Source: an uncultured delta proteobacterium (lineage in GTDB: Bacteria > Myxococcota > Kuafuiibacteriia > Kuafuiibacteriales > Kuafuiibacteriaceae). Taken from it: a stretch of 64,000 nucleotides of DNA. Location of the stretch: contig CAWDML010000008.1 of the NCBI GenBank assembly GCA_963803435.1, forward strand, positions 192,001-256,000. Direction: 5' to 3'. The notes beneath the pieces are model-generated. The model searched no databases. It was not told the DNA's origin and saw nothing but the letters and a program-made list of their open reading frames with translations. Of the stretch, positions 30,654-42,924 are shown piece by piece. A program made the position numbers and the translations under genes. Numbering within the stretch: position 1 is the first letter of the stretch; each line of letters opens with the position of its first letter.

Positions 30654-31775
30654 CTAAATCCAGAACACCATCCGCTCGGTGATGGCGGCGGGCGGGTCGC
30701 CGATCCCGCCCTGCTCGGCCCAGCCGCGGAGCGCCTCGATGTGTACGTGGAGCGTGTCGGCGGGCGTGGACGTGAACTCGTGGCCGCCGTAGTGGCGGAG
30801 GGCTCGGCCCTGGATCGCCATGATCTCGACGTCCTGCTGGATGACCTTGCGAGTGTACCAGGGCAGCACGAGGGCGGCGAGCGGGTTGAATCGGCCGAGC
30901 TTGTAGCTGATCAGCGTGTAGACGGTGGTGGTGGTCGTGTCGATCGGCGTGCAGGTGCTCGTGATGATGAAGGCGCGGCGCTCGTCTCCGAACGTGTAGT
31001 CCACGCGGGTCGTGCTCGGCATGTAGAACTTGTCGGTGTGCACCATCGGCAGGCGCTCGGGGTTCAGGAGCAAGTGCGTGGCGCCGATGGAGTCTCCGGG
31101 CTGATCGTAGGTGACCAGCACGCTCGAGTGGGTGCGCTCCACCCGCGTTTCGATTCGTCTCCGCGCGCGAGAGCGGAACCATCCCCGATGGACGAAGACG
31201 GTGTGCGGGACATCCATGAAGTTTTCGACCAGGTTGGTGACGTTGTTCTCGAAGCGGGTCGTCATGTAGTACGCGCCCCAGCCGGGCGTGTTCCATCGCG
31301 GCATCGAGAACGGCTCGACCCCGGCCTGGGGCGCACCATCGAGCCCCATCCAGACCCAGATCAATCCGTCCTGCTCCTTGACCGGGAAGGTGGTGAGCCG
31401 GCGCTCCGTTCGCGGCGCGGCGCCATTTTCGCCCTCCGAGGGGACGCTGATGCAGCGCCCGGCCTGATCGTACGTCCAGCCGTGATAGGGGCAGCCGATG
31501 CATCCGTCGAAGAGGTCGCCTTCGGAGAGGAGGGCGTTCCGGTGCAGGCAGCGGTCGACCATCGCGATCGCCTTTCCTTCGGGCGCGCGCCACAGCACCA
31601 GCATCTCGCCCATCACGACCCGGCCGATCGGCTTCTTCGAGGTGAGCTCGTCGCTCCTGGCGGCCGCGTACCAGTACTCGGTGAGGAGGCCGGACCCAAC
31701 GCGTAGATCGGAGACCATCGACGTCTGGACGTGTCGCCTCGGTCGCGGCGCGTGTCCAGCGTCGAGCGCGCTCAA
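30654..31775 (-). CDS. Rieske non-heme iron oxygenase (VanA/CAO-like)
   Basis: CLHR..CPYHGW Rieske ligands; ENFMDVPHTVFVH and QQD iron ligands. Confidence 0.92.
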   Translation of the reverse strand: MSALDAGHAPRPRRHVQTSMVSDLRVGSGLLTEYWYAAARSDELTSKKPIGRVVMGEMLVLWRAPEGKAIAMVDRCLHRNALLSEGDLFDGCIGCPYHGWTYDQAGRCISVPSEGENGAAPRTERRLTTFPVKEQDGLIWVWMGLDGAPQAGVEPFSMPRWNTPGWGAYYMTTRFENNVTNLVENFMDVPHTVFVHRGWFRSRARRRIETRVERTHSSVLVTYDQPGDSIGATHLLLNPERLPMVHTDKFYMPSTTRVDYTFGDERRAFIITSTCTPIDTTTTTVYTLISYKLGRFNPLAALVLPWYTRKVIQQDVEIMAIQGRALRHYGGHEFTSTPADTLHVHIEALRGWAEQGGIGDPPAAITERMVFWI

Positions 31776-32254
31776 CGTCGGGCGATGGCCTCCGGCTGGG
31801 ACACCACGAAGCGGACGACCGCCTGCTGGTCGATCCGCGCGGCGAGGCCGCCTTGATCCGTGATCACGGCGCGGATCTCGGTCGGCCCCACGGCGCCCGT
31901 GGTGATCTGGCTGCTGCCAGACACCTGGATGTGGTAGCCCCGCGCGTAGGTGAAGAGCTTGTAATCGTTCGGCTGGTACTGCGCCACCACGCTCAGAGCG
32001 TGAGACCCCGGCGGCGCGTATCCGCGATAAGGTCCGAGGGCCGCCTCTCCCCGGCCCTCGAAGATCGGCTTGCCGTCCAGGAACAAGCGGGACGACATCA
32101 GCCGGTACGCCGGCCCCAGATCCTGGTCGATCACGATGACCAGGTTGTTGGAGGGCGCGAGGGAACCGCTGAGATCAGCCCCGACCTCGTTCGCACGCGG
32201 ATGCGTGCATCCACCGAGCGCAGCGCCCGCGATCAGCATGATCGAGAACCTCAT
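31772..32254 (-). CDS. Lipoprotein, hypothetical
   Basis: GGAG RBS, lipobox LGGC; overlaps Rieske start. Confidence 0.7.
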   Translation of the reverse strand: MRFSIMLIAGAALGGCTHPRANEVGADLSGSLAPSNNLVIVIDQDLGPAYRLMSSRLFLDGKPIFEGRGEAALGPYRGYAPPGSHALSVVAQYQPNDYKLFTYARGYHIQVSGSSQITTGAVGPTEIRAVITDQGGLAARIDQQAVVRFVVSQPEAIARR

Positions 32255-32343
32255 TCTCCACTGTTAGGTCGGTCGTTCGGCGCGGAGGAAGCGAATGTTC
32301 TCCGCGTGTCGCGTCGCCACACGCTTCATGCGAACCTAGCGCG

Positions 32344-34144
<1,801 letters not shown>

Positions 34145-34173
<29 letters not shown>

Positions 34174-35725
34174 CGAAGACATCGTCCCAAATCATGCGCG
34201 GGTCGAGGTGCGTCGGCTTGACGTCGCCGGCCTTCATGCCGCTCGCCACCATCGCCCGCTCGTAGCTCCTCCATCCGCCCTCGACCGCGACCGCCTCGAT
34301 CGGGCCGAGCTGTCCCAGGTCGCGGCAGTATCGGTAGTGGTGATTCTCGAGGAGGGCGGTCTCGACCTCGCGCGCGGCGGCCGCCGGCGAGCCTCCCTCC
34401 AGGTAGAGTCGATACCGCGGCGGCGCTCCGGCGGCGGGCGCGACCAGCGCGAAGGTGAAGCCGCCCGACCGCTCGGCGGCCCGGTCGATCGCGCGGTCGA
34501 CCTCGACCGCGGTGAGCTTCTCCCCACACAGGTCGCTGATGCGATCGAGCTTGCCCACGAAGCGGAGCAGAGGTGTCCGCGCATACCAGCCGGTGCACTC
34601 GACCTCGTCGGGAAGCCGGTAGCGACAGAAGCCGTTGCCGGTGGTGATGATCGGCGCGTATCGGCTGCCGGGCCGAGCCCGCTCGATCGACAGGGGCGCG
34701 CGCTCCGGATGATCGAGATCCTCGAGCTCGAGGAAGTGGGAGCGGACCGCGGCCACGCATCCGCCCCGGACCGGGAGCGAGACCACGCCCTCGGTGGCGA
34801 GCAGGCCCTTGCCTTCGATCTCCACGCCCGGGAACCAGCGCGCCATCGCTCCGACGAAGCGGGCGGCGTGGCCGTCGGTCCAGCACGAGATCAAGCGGAG
34901 GCGCGGCCAGAGCGCGGGTCCGGTCACCTCGCCGGCCGCCAGCGCGCGCTCCAGCTCCCGGCGGCGAGCTCGATCCGGCAGCAGCGGGATCACCTCCTCG
35001 AGGCGGGCCGCGATCGTCTCCATCAGCAGCGTGAGGAAGCTCGGGTTCCACACCGAGATGAACCCGAGGTCGCGGCTCGCGATCAGGTGCTGCGCGGTCG
35101 CGAACCGCCAGGCCTCGACGCCGGCGATGCGGGCGACCGTGCCGGGGACCGCCAGCGTGCGGCGGAGCGCCCAGCGCTCGACCGGCGTGAAGTACTCGGT
35201 GTCGTCCTCGAGCCCGATCGGGGTCCCGGCGGGGGTCCGCTCGCGCTCGCGCGCCGCCGGCGACACCGACCAGTAGCTCGTCGTTCCGATCAGCCGGGGG
35301 CGGGCCGCGTACATCGAGAACAGCCATGGCCCGGTAGCGTGCGAGATCTCGGCCAGGAACGCATCGTCGAGCGGGATCAGCTTGGAACCGCCGGTCGTGC
35401 CGGACGATCGCTCGAACGCGCGGACCGGCGACGGCGACAGCACGTTCCGCTCACCCTCCGCGATGCGCTCGATCCAGGGTCTCAGCACCTCGTAGTCGAC
35501 CACCGGCACCCGGGCTTGAAAGGCCGTGAAGCTGTCGATCGATCCGAAGCGGTGCTCGCGCCCATAGGCGGTGTCGCGGTGGCGATGGAGAAAACGCGAG
35601 AGCAGCTCCGCCTGCGTGCTCCAGGGACGCTCGGCGGCGCGCCGGAACGCGCGCCACGGCCGAGCCAGCGTCGCGAGGTAGCCCGTCCCGATCGCGCTCA
35701 GGGCGAGGCGGCGGCTCCAGCCCAT
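34145..35725 (-). CDS. GH3-family acyl-adenylate/amido synthetase
   Basis: [44 protein letters not shown]. Confidence 0.88.
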
Positions 35726-36486
35726 AGCCGGCGCATTCTCCTGCTCCACGCGGCCGACCACTTCGAGAGGAGCCGCGAGCCGAAGCGGAGGACCAGGCCG
35801 AGATCGACCCGTCCCAGACAGCACAGCTCGTCGCCCCTCGCGTGGCCGGGATTGCGCGCCACGAAGAAGCGGATGTCGGCGCGCTCGAGCAACCCCGCGT
35901 CGATCGGTGCCACGCCCGGCTTGAGGCGCCCCTGACACTGCTCGAAGCGAAGCACGCCCTCGTCGGGGACGTAGGCCGGTCCGTACTTGTCGGTCGATAG
36001 CAGGTGCAAGATATCCTGCTCGAACGCGGGCGTGGGCAGATCGTGGCGCGGGTAATAGCTCGCGAAGTTGCGCGCCAGGAGCAGGTACGTCTTGTAGCCC
36101 TTCGAGATCAGGTACCAGTAGACCGGCTCCAAGGGATGCGACAGCTTCACCTTCATCACGTAGCGAACGAAGGAGCTCTGGAGCGCGGTCTGTCCCCAGT
36201 ACGCGTGCTCGAGGATCGTGTCGCCGGAGAAGACCGCGACGAACCGGCGGCCCCGAATCCGCCGCCGATACACCTCGAGCGTCGAGAAGCCCTGGAGGCT
36301 CCCGTCGCCGGAGTCCACCAGCAGGATCACGTCGTCCTTCCGGGAGAGGTCGGCCTCGAACTGGGCGCGCGCGACCTCGGCGTAGTACTGCGAGAAGAGC
36401 CGCCACATCTCGTCGACGGCGGTCGGATGAAGGGCCGCGATGGACGCGACCTCGGCCCGCAGGCGCCCCGAACGGCGGAGGTTCAC
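35698..36486 (-). CDS. GNAT-like hypothetical protein overlapping the GH3 start
   Basis: FSGDTILEHAYWG, YWYLISKGYKTY, FFVARNPGHARGDELCCL. Confidence 0.7.
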   Translation of the reverse strand: MNLRRSGRLRAEVASIAALHPTAVDEMWRLFSQYYAEVARAQFEADLSRKDDVILLVDSGDGSLQGFSTLEVYRRRIRGRRFVAVFSGDTILEHAYWGQTALQSSFVRYVMKVKLSHPLEPVYWYLISKGYKTYLLLARNFASYYPRHDLPTPAFEQDILHLLSTDKYGPAYVPDEGVLRFEQCQGRLKPGVAPIDAGLLERADIRFFVARNPGHARGDELCCLGRVDLGLVLRFGSRLLSKWSAAWSRRMRRLWAGAAASP

Positions 36487-36581
36487 GCCCGCAATCTCGC
36501 TGGTGTAGTGTCGTGTAGGTATCAGGCGCCCGTCGTATGCGGTTGCCCTGCCTTCCGTTGTACCCACGAGAACCCGCTGCC

Positions 36582-37331
36582 ATGGAGGCGCGCGTCTTCA
36601 ACCTGGTCCTCTTCCTCGGCCTCGCGCTCCTCATCGGGCTCGAGCTGCGTTCACCCCAGTTCCGAGCCGGTTCGTTTCAAAAGAACGCGCGGGCCGTGCG
36701 CAACTGGTCGTTTCTGGGCGCCGCCGCCGGCTCGGCCTGGGCGATGCGCCTCGTCACCGCCGAGCTGGGGCGCCGGGTTCCCGGGCTCCTCACCTGGGAC
36801 CGCTTCACGGTCGCCAACGCGGCCACCTGCTTCCTCGCCGCCGAGCTGATCGGCTACCTCCTCCACTGGATCAAGCACAAGAACGCCTGGTTGTGGCGCT
36901 TCCACCTCCCGCATCACCGGGACAGCGTCTTCGACATCTGGCTGGTCTCGCACACGCACGCCCTCGAGGTCGTCGTCTCAGGCACGCTGATGAGCGCGGT
37001 CCTGATCCTGCTCGGGTTCTCGCCCCTCTCGCTGAACGTCTACTTCCTCTTCTACGCGCTCGCGAACACCTACCAGCACAGCGCGTTCGACTACTCGCTC
37101 GGCTGGCTCGATCGGATCATCATCGCGCCGTCGTATCACCGGCTCCATCACGCGGTCGGCAGCGACACCAACTTCGGCAACACGCTCACGCTGTGGGACA
37201 TCGTCTTTTCCACGGCCACCTGGCCCGCGAGCCGGCGTGCGCCCGACGTCCCGATCGGGCTGCCCGCGGGCCCCGAGCCCTACGGGTTCGCAGCGGAGAT
37301 GAGTTACTTCCTGCGCCCTCCGAGATCGTGA
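36582..37331 (+). CDS. Sterol desaturase / fatty-acid hydroxylase family protein
   Basis: His boxes HWIKH, HLPHH, HRLHH; WDIVFST; transmembrane segments. Confidence 0.9.
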   Translation: MEARVFNLVLFLGLALLIGLELRSPQFRAGSFQKNARAVRNWSFLGAAAGSAWAMRLVTAELGRRVPGLLTWDRFTVANAATCFLAAELIGYLLHWIKHKNAWLWRFHLPHHRDSVFDIWLVSHTHALEVVVSGTLMSAVLILLGFSPLSLNVYFLFYALANTYQHSAFDYSLGWLDRIIIAPSYHRLHHAVGSDTNFGNTLTLWDIVFSTATWPASRRAPDVPIGLPAGPEPYGFAAEMSYFLRPPRS

Positions 37332-37365
37332 CCGCGGGTGCTCCGCTCCACTATGCTCCTCGGGA

Positions 37366-38382
37366 ATGGTTCTTCGGGTGGCGGTCGACGCGATGGGCGG
37401 TGATTTTGCGCCGGAGCGCCCGGTGCACGCGGCCGTAGAAGCTGCGCGCCAGGGCGCCCCCGTGACGTTGGTCGGACACCAGCGCGAGATCGGGAAGGTC
37501 CTCGAGAACGTCGAAGGCGGCGTACCGGCCGAGCTCGAGGTGGTCCACGCCGAGGAAGCGATCGCGATGGACGAGGCACCGTCGCAGGCGGTCCGCAAGA
37601 AGCACGACGCCTCGATGCGCGTCGCGGTGCGCCTGGTCGTGGAGGGCAGGGTGGCGGCGATGCTCTCCGCGGGGAACTCGGGCGCGGTGATGGCGTCCGG
37701 CCTGATCGACGCCCGCCGCATCAAGGGCGTCCAGCGTCCCGCGATCGGGGCGGCGTTTCCCACCAAGGGCCGCCCGGCGCTCCTGATCGATCTCGGGGCC
37801 AACATCGATCCGACGCCGCTCCAGCTCGCGCAGTTCGCGCTCATGGGCGTGGCTTACGCGAAGTCGATCCTCGAGCGCGAGAATCCCAACGTCGCGGTGC
37901 TCTGCAACGGCAGCGAGGAGAAGAAGGGCAACGACCTCACGCGCGCAGCGTCAGCGATCCTCGAGCAGGCCGACGTCGACTTCGCCGGCTATATCGAGGG
38001 CAACCAGGTGTTCGACGGTGCGATCGACGTGATCGCAACCGACGGCTTCACCGGCAACATCGTCCTCAAGGCGCTCGAGGGCTTCGCGCTGACCATGCGT
38101 GCGTTCATCGAGCAGGAGATCCGCGGCAACCTGCTGGCGGAGGCCGGCGCGCTCTTGATGGGCGACATCTTCAAGCGGGTCCGCGAGAAGCTGAACTACG
38201 AGGGCGCGGGCGCGGCGCCTTTGCTCGGTCTGACGCACAGCTGCTTCATCGCGCACGGTCGCTCGACGGTGGCGGCGCTGGTCAACGCGATCCACTCCGC
38301 CAGCCGCATCGCCGCGAGCGGCCTCATCCCCGCGATCGAGGAGATCATCGGCGCGCACGAGCGGCTTTGGGCGCGTCCGTGA
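37366..38382 (+). CDS. plsX: Phosphate acyltransferase PlsX
   Basis: AVDAMGGDFAP, SAGNSGA, RPAI, DLGAN, GSEEKKGN, TDGFTGNIVLK, IAHGRS. Confidence 0.95.
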   Translation: MVLRVAVDAMGGDFAPERPVHAAVEAARQGAPVTLVGHQREIGKVLENVEGGVPAELEVVHAEEAIAMDEAPSQAVRKKHDASMRVAVRLVVEGRVAAMLSAGNSGAVMASGLIDARRIKGVQRPAIGAAFPTKGRPALLIDLGANIDPTPLQLAQFALMGVAYAKSILERENPNVAVLCNGSEEKKGNDLTRAASAILEQADVDFAGYIEGNQVFDGAIDVIATDGFTGNIVLKALEGFALTMRAFIEQEIRGNLLAEAGALLMGDIFKRVREKLNYEGAGAAPLLGLTHSCFIAHGRSTVAALVNAIHSASRIAASGLIPAIEEIIGAHERLWARP

Positions 38383-38448
38383 GCTGTTGGCTGGGAGTCT
38401 TCACCTGGTTTGCCCCGCGAAGGTTGTCATTCCGCGCGTGAACGACCA

Positions 38449-39168
38449 GTGTATGTGGCCGTGCGACTGTTCGAGGCTCGAACGATCCTCGAGGATCTCG
38501 CAGTCATCGCCCGCCTCAAGCGGCTCGGTGTGCGGGGGGACGCCGTTTTCCATCGTGACGACGCGGAGACCAGCCGCGGCGAGATTGAAGAGGTGACCAG
38601 CGGCGGGGCCATCCGACTGGTGGCCCTCGACAGCCTGGAGACACCGACGCTCAAGGGCGCGCATCGACGCGTGCTCCGGAACCATCTCCGCGATCTGGGC
38701 CAGGCCCGCAACGCGTTCGATCTGCTCGTGCGCGGCGAGGTGGAAGGCGGCGACGTCCCTCGCGGAGGCGTCCTCGGTCGCGTGGCCAAGCTGGTGCCGG
38801 AGGTCCTCGCCGGCCTCGAGCTCGTGAAGGGCTTCTCGGTGCTCAACGCCGTCTCGGCGGAAGAGATCAACGAGGTGGTGCAGAAGCACCGCAGTCTGGT
38901 CGCCGATTACGGAAATGTCGCGGGGGTCATCGACAGCGAGGCCGATCATCTCGGCGCGCGCCATCGGGTCCTGCCGCTCCTGGTGAAGACGCTCGCCGCA
39001 ATCCTCCAGCTCCTCGACCAACACGTGCTCTTTTGCCCCAAGCCCCTCCACGGGGAGCGGTCCTACCAGGAGTGGGTGGACGGTGTGAGCGCTGCGTCGT
39101 TGAAGGTGCATGAGGTCAAGGCGCGCCTCGACCGTCTCTCGACGACGCACGTTTGGGCTGCAGGCTGA
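38449..39168 (+). CDS. Helical hypothetical protein
   Basis: GC3-rich frame; start uncertain. Confidence 0.65.
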   Translation: MYVAVRLFEARTILEDLAVIARLKRLGVRGDAVFHRDDAETSRGEIEEVTSGGAIRLVALDSLETPTLKGAHRRVLRNHLRDLGQARNAFDLLVRGEVEGGDVPRGGVLGRVAKLVPEVLAGLELVKGFSVLNAVSAEEINEVVQKHRSLVADYGNVAGVIDSEADHLGARHRVLPLLVKTLAAILQLLDQHVLFCPKPLHGERSYQEWVDGVSAASLKVHEVKARLDRLSTTHVWAAG

Positions 39169-39252
39169 TCGCTTTCGTGTGTTTGGGACGGTTTGGTCCG
39201 TGGCTCTTTGCCCCAGCTCAACATTCCCGGACAAAGTGCCGAAGATAGGGGC

Positions 39253-39666
39253 GTGACGCTCTTCGTTCACCGGCGATTGCTGGCCGCGCGAGAGCGTGCC
39301 GAGCATGCCTTGCTTCGCGCGGCCGGCACACGCGCCGCGCTCTTTTCTTCGATCGCAGAGATCGAACGGCAGCTCGCGCTGCCGAGCATCGCGCTCGATG
39401 GAAAGCAGCGCTCGAGCCTCGAGACCCGACTCGTCCAGCAGATGCTCGAGCTCGATCGCATCGAGCGGGACGTCTTCGGCCCCGCAGAAGAGCTCCGGCA
39501 GCTGGCGCTCGAACGGATGCGGCTCTTCGAGATCGAGTACGCGCGGGAACGCGCGCTCCATCGGGAGTCACGCCGGCGGCCGCGCCTGTGCCGTCGTTCC
39601 CGCGGCGAGCTCATGCTCGTCTCGGGGCGGCCTCGTCCCCGCCGCGGCGCGGCTCGTACTCGCTGA
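39253..39666 (+). CDS. Coiled-coil hypothetical protein
   Basis: GTG start after AGGGG; coding-like codon use. Confidence 0.55.
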   Translation: MTLFVHRRLLAARERAEHALLRAAGTRAALFSSIAEIERQLALPSIALDGKQRSSLETRLVQQMLELDRIERDVFGPAEELRQLALERMRLFEIEYARERALHRESRRRPRLCRRSRGELMLVSGRPRPRRGAARTR

Positions 39667-40029
39667 TCAGGGCGCGATCTTTCGCCGCAGGATCGTATGC
39701 CCGATCCAGCGCAGCGTCGCGTAGAGCACCTCGCCCCCGGTTTCGCTGGAACGGAGCCGCACGGCGCCCTCGGGGAGGAAGATCGCGACCGCGCGCCCCC
39801 CGTCCTCCGACGCCGACAGCTCGACGCGTTCGATGCGGTCGTAGGCGAAGCCCACCTCGCCGGCGGTCATGCCGCGCTGGTACAGCACCGCCGCTCCGCC
39901 GGGACCCGTGAGGACCCCCTCGCGATCGCCGTGCTCGGGATGGGGCTCACCCCCCCGCACGAAGGAGACCTGGCCGCCCACCTCCAGGCGCACGATCTTT
40001 CCCTCGACGAAGTCCGCGATGGATTTCAC
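39667..40029 (-). CDS. Hypothetical protein (possible PH-like fold)
   Basis: GTGA overlap with scoB stop. Confidence 0.65.
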   Translation of the reverse strand: MKSIADFVEGKIVRLEVGGQVSFVRGGEPHPEHGDREGVLTGPGGAAVLYQRGMTAGEVGFAYDRIERVELSASEDGGRAVAIFLPEGAVRLRSSETGGEVLYATLRWIGHTILRRKIAP

Positions 40030-40682
40030 GCGAGCATCGTCGGGATCTCGCCCTCGACGATCAAGCGCGGTTCGGTCGCCTGCTGGACCGCCTCGACGGT
40101 GACGCCGGGCGCGATCTCCTTCAGCACCAGCCCGCGCGGGCTCACCTCGATCAAGGCCAGCTCGGTGACGATCGTGTTCACGCAGGCGAGACCGGTCACC
40201 GGCAGCGAGCAGGCCTTGAGGATCTTCGGCGCGCCGTCCTTGGTGACGTGCTCCATCGCGACGATGACGCGCCGGGCGCCCGCGACCAGATCCATCGCCC
40301 CGCCCATGCCCTTCACCATCTTCCCCGGGATCATCCAGTTGGCGATGTCGCCCTTCTCCGAGACCTGGAGCGCGCCGAGCACGGTCATGTCGATGTGCCC
40401 GCCGCGCACCATCGCGAAGGAGGTGGCGCTGTCGAAGTAGCTGGTGCCGCGAACCTCGGTGACCGTCTGCTTGCCGGCGTTGATCAGATCAGGATCCTCG
40501 TCCCCGTCGAAGGGGAAGGGGCCGACGCCCATCATCCCGTTCTCGGAGTGGAGCACCACCTCCATCGCCGGGGGGATGTGGTTCGCCGTCAGCGTCGGAA
40601 GCCCGATGCCGAGGTTGATGAACATGCCGTCGCGGAACTCCCGCGCGACCCGCATCGCGATCTCCTCGCGTTCGAGTGCCAT
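40026..40682 (-). CDS. scoB: 3-oxoacid CoA-transferase subunit B
   Basis: [31 protein letters not shown]. Confidence 0.93.
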   Translation of the reverse strand: MALEREEIAMRVAREFRDGMFINLGIGLPTLTANHIPPAMEVVLHSENGMMGVGPFPFDGDEDPDLINAGKQTVTEVRGTSYFDSATSFAMVRGGHIDMTVLGALQVSEKGDIANWMIPGKMVKGMGGAMDLVAGARRVIVAMEHVTKDGAPKILKACSLPVTGLACVNTIVTELALIEVSPRGLVLKEIAPGVTVEAVQQATEPRLIVEGEIPTMLA

Positions 40683-40693
40683 CCTTGTCCTCC

Positions 40694-41392
40694 TCAGGGT
40701 CGCGGGCGCACGGTCCGCTTCTCGATCCATTTCTGATAGCCAGCGCCCTGCACCACGCGCTGTACGAAGACGCCCGGGACGTGGATCGCGTCGGGCGGGA
40801 GCTCGCCGAGCTCGACGATGTGCTCGGCCTCCACGACGGTGATCCGACCGGCCATGCACATCATCGGGCTGAAGTTGCGGGCCGTCTTGCGAAAGATGCA
40901 GTTCCCCCAGCGGTCGGCCTGGTACGCCCGCACGATCGCGTAGTCCGCCAGCAGCGGCGCCTCGAGCACGTACGTCTTGCCGCCGATCTCGCGGGTCTCC
41001 TTACCTTGGGCGGCCTGCGTGCCCACGCCGGTGGGGGTGAAGAAGCCGCCGATGCCGGCACCGCCTGCGCGGATGCGCTCGGCCAGCGTCCCTTGCGGTA
41101 CCAGCTCGACCTCGAGCTCGCCGCTCAGGAACTGCCGCTCGAACTCCTTGTTCTCGCCGACGTAGCTCGACACCATCTTGCGGATCTGCCGGCTCTTGAG
41201 CAGGATCCCCAGCCCGAAGTCGTCGGTTCCGCAGTTGTTGGAGACGACCGTCAGGCCCTTGGTCCCCTTGGCGCGGATGGCCTGGATGAGGTTCTCCGGA
41301 TTGCCGCAGAGGCCGAATCCGCCCGACATGACGACCGCACCGTCCTTCATGTCCGCGATCGCGGCCGCTGCGCTCGGAAAGACCTTGTCCAT
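40694..41392 (-). CDS. scoA: 3-oxoacid CoA-transferase subunit A
   Basis: [37 protein letters not shown]. Confidence 0.93.
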   Translation of the reverse strand: MDKVFPSAAAAIADMKDGAVVMSGGFGLCGNPENLIQAIRAKGTKGLTVVSNNCGTDDFGLGILLKSRQIRKMVSSYVGENKEFERQFLSGELEVELVPQGTLAERIRAGGAGIGGFFTPTGVGTQAAQGKETREIGGKTYVLEAPLLADYAIVRAYQADRWGNCIFRKTARNFSPMMCMAGRITVVEAEHIVELGELPPDAIHVPGVFVQRVVQGAGYQKWIEKRTVRPRP

Positions 41393-41469
41393 GGGCCGGG
41401 CCTACCTTCCCCTCGCCGTCAGAGTCAACCGGACTTGCCAGCAGGAATCGGCCGGGTGAAGGTCGCGCT

Positions 41470-41814
41470 GTGAGCGAGAACCGCCGCGAGCCGCGGTTGC
41501 CCGTCGAGGTGAAGGTCGACTATCGCACCGTCGGAAGCTTCATCACCGACTACTCGAAGAACATCTCGAAGGGCGGCGTCTTCATCAATACCTCTCTGCC
41601 GCTGCCGGTGGGGGAGCGGGTCCGGCTGCGCCTGACGCTCCCCGACGGCGACGCCCCGTTCGCGCTCGACGGGATCGTCAAGTGGGTCTCCACCCTCCGC
41701 GATCGCGAGAAGCATCCGGCCGGAATGGGCATCGAGTTCGTCGACTTCGACGACGAGGTCAAGACCAAGCTCGAGTCCCTCGTCGGCGCGTTCGGCGGCG
41801 CGGACATCGGCTAG
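41470..41814 (+). CDS. TIGR02266-type PilZ domain protein
   Basis: RREPR, NISKGGVFI, GMGIEF. Confidence 0.9.
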   Translation: MSENRREPRLPVEVKVDYRTVGSFITDYSKNISKGGVFINTSLPLPVGERVRLRLTLPDGDAPFALDGIVKWVSTLRDREKHPAGMGIEFVDFDDEVKTKLESLVGAFGGADIG

Positions 41815-41823
41815 CGTCGTCGC

Positions 41824-42924
41824 GTGATCCTCAGGACCGAAAGCCAGCTTGCGGCAGGCGGTGACGCGATCGCGCGCGCCCCCGACGGGCGGGTGGTGTT
41901 CGTCGAGGGGGCCGCTCCTTCCGAGGAGGTCCGCGTGGAGATCACGCGCGACAATCCCCGCTTCCTGCGGGCGGCGGTCGTCGAGGTCTTGACGCCGAGC
42001 GCCGAGCGCGTGCCGCCGCGGTGCCGGCACTTCGCCGTGGAGTGCGGTGGGTGCACGCTCCAGCACGTGACCCATGCAAGCCAGGTTGCCAGCAAGCAGG
42101 CCGCGCTGCTGGAGACGCTCCGCAGGATCGGGCACCTCGACACGGCGCACCTCCGGATCGACACGCCCTGGAGCGGGAGCCCGTACGGGTATCGGACGCG
42201 GGCCCGCTTCTCGGTGCGGGACGGCAAGGCGGGCTACCAGCGCAGGCGGAGCCACGAGGTCTTTGCTGCGACGGAGTGTCCCATCCTGGCGCCGCCTCTC
42301 GAAGCGCTCCTGCTCGGCGGCACGCGTTCGGCCGGCGACGTCTCGGTGGCCACCGACGGCGTTCGCGCGCTCGAGGGCGCCGAGGTCGTCGAGGTGGCCT
42401 CTCCGTTCGGCCCGATCCTGGTGGAGCCGGCGGTCTTCGGCCAGGCCAACGAGGCCGGCAACCTGGCGATGCTGGCGCACGTCGACGTTCTGCTCTCGGA
42501 GGAGGGCCGTCTTGCCTCGGTCCTGGAGCTGTACGGCGGGAGCGGGAACTTCACCCGCGTGCTGGCCCGCCACGCCGATCGGGTCACCATGGTCGAAGCC
42601 ACGCCCCGGGCGGTGGCGCTGGCGCGGCGGATCCTCCCGGAGGTCGAGCTGGTCGAGGCCGCCGCCGAGGACGCGCCGGACGGCCCGTTCGATCTGGTCC
42701 TGAGCGATCCGCCCCGGGCCGGGATGTCCGCGCCCGCGCTCTCCCGCGCCGCCGGCGCCGCCGGCCGGGCCCTGATCTACGTGAGCTGCGACCCGGCCAC
42801 TTTCGCCCGCGATGCGGCCCGCCTCGCCGAACGAAGCCTTGCCCTCGACGCGATTCGCCTCTTTGATCTCTACCCTCAGACCGCTCATTGCGAGGTGATC
42901 GGTCGCTTCCGGAGGCCCCGATGA
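41824..42924 (+). CDS. TRAM-domain RNA m5U methyltransferase (RlmD/TrmA family)
   Basis: CRHF..CGGC, LYGGSG, DPPRAG, YVSCDPATFARD, DLYPQTAHCE. Confidence 0.9.
   Translation: MILRTESQLAAGGDAIARAPDGRVVFVEGAAPSEEVRVEITRDNPRFLRAAVVEVLTPSAERVPPRCRHFAVECGGCTLQHVTHASQVASKQAALLETLRRIGHLDTAHLRIDTPWSGSPYGYRTRARFSVRDGKAGYQRRRSHEVFAATECPILAPPLEALLLGGTRSAGDVSVATDGVRALEGAEVVEVASPFGPILVEPAVFGQANEAGNLAMLAHVDVLLSEEGRLASVLELYGGSGNFTRVLARHADRVTMVEATPRAVALARRILPEVELVEAAAEDAPDGPFDLVLSDPPRAGMSAPALSRAAGAAGRALIYVSCDPATFARDAARLAERSLALDAIRLFDLYPQTAHCEVIGRFRRPR

Larger units (their letters stand above)
30071..30654. mobile_element. Decayed IS5-family element with four-helix-bundle passenger
   Basis: Transposase fragment plus convergent four-helix gene; right end reads TTA|GAGCCGGTTCAGAAAC on the minus strand (IS1031-group-like). 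No matching left end found. Confidence 0.7.

Noticed and set aside
39166-39168. In-frame TGA between two same-frame ORFs as selenocysteine or readthrough
   Set aside because: No redox motif or obvious SECIS; the intervening codons are atypical and contain a promoter-like motif and a separate GTG start
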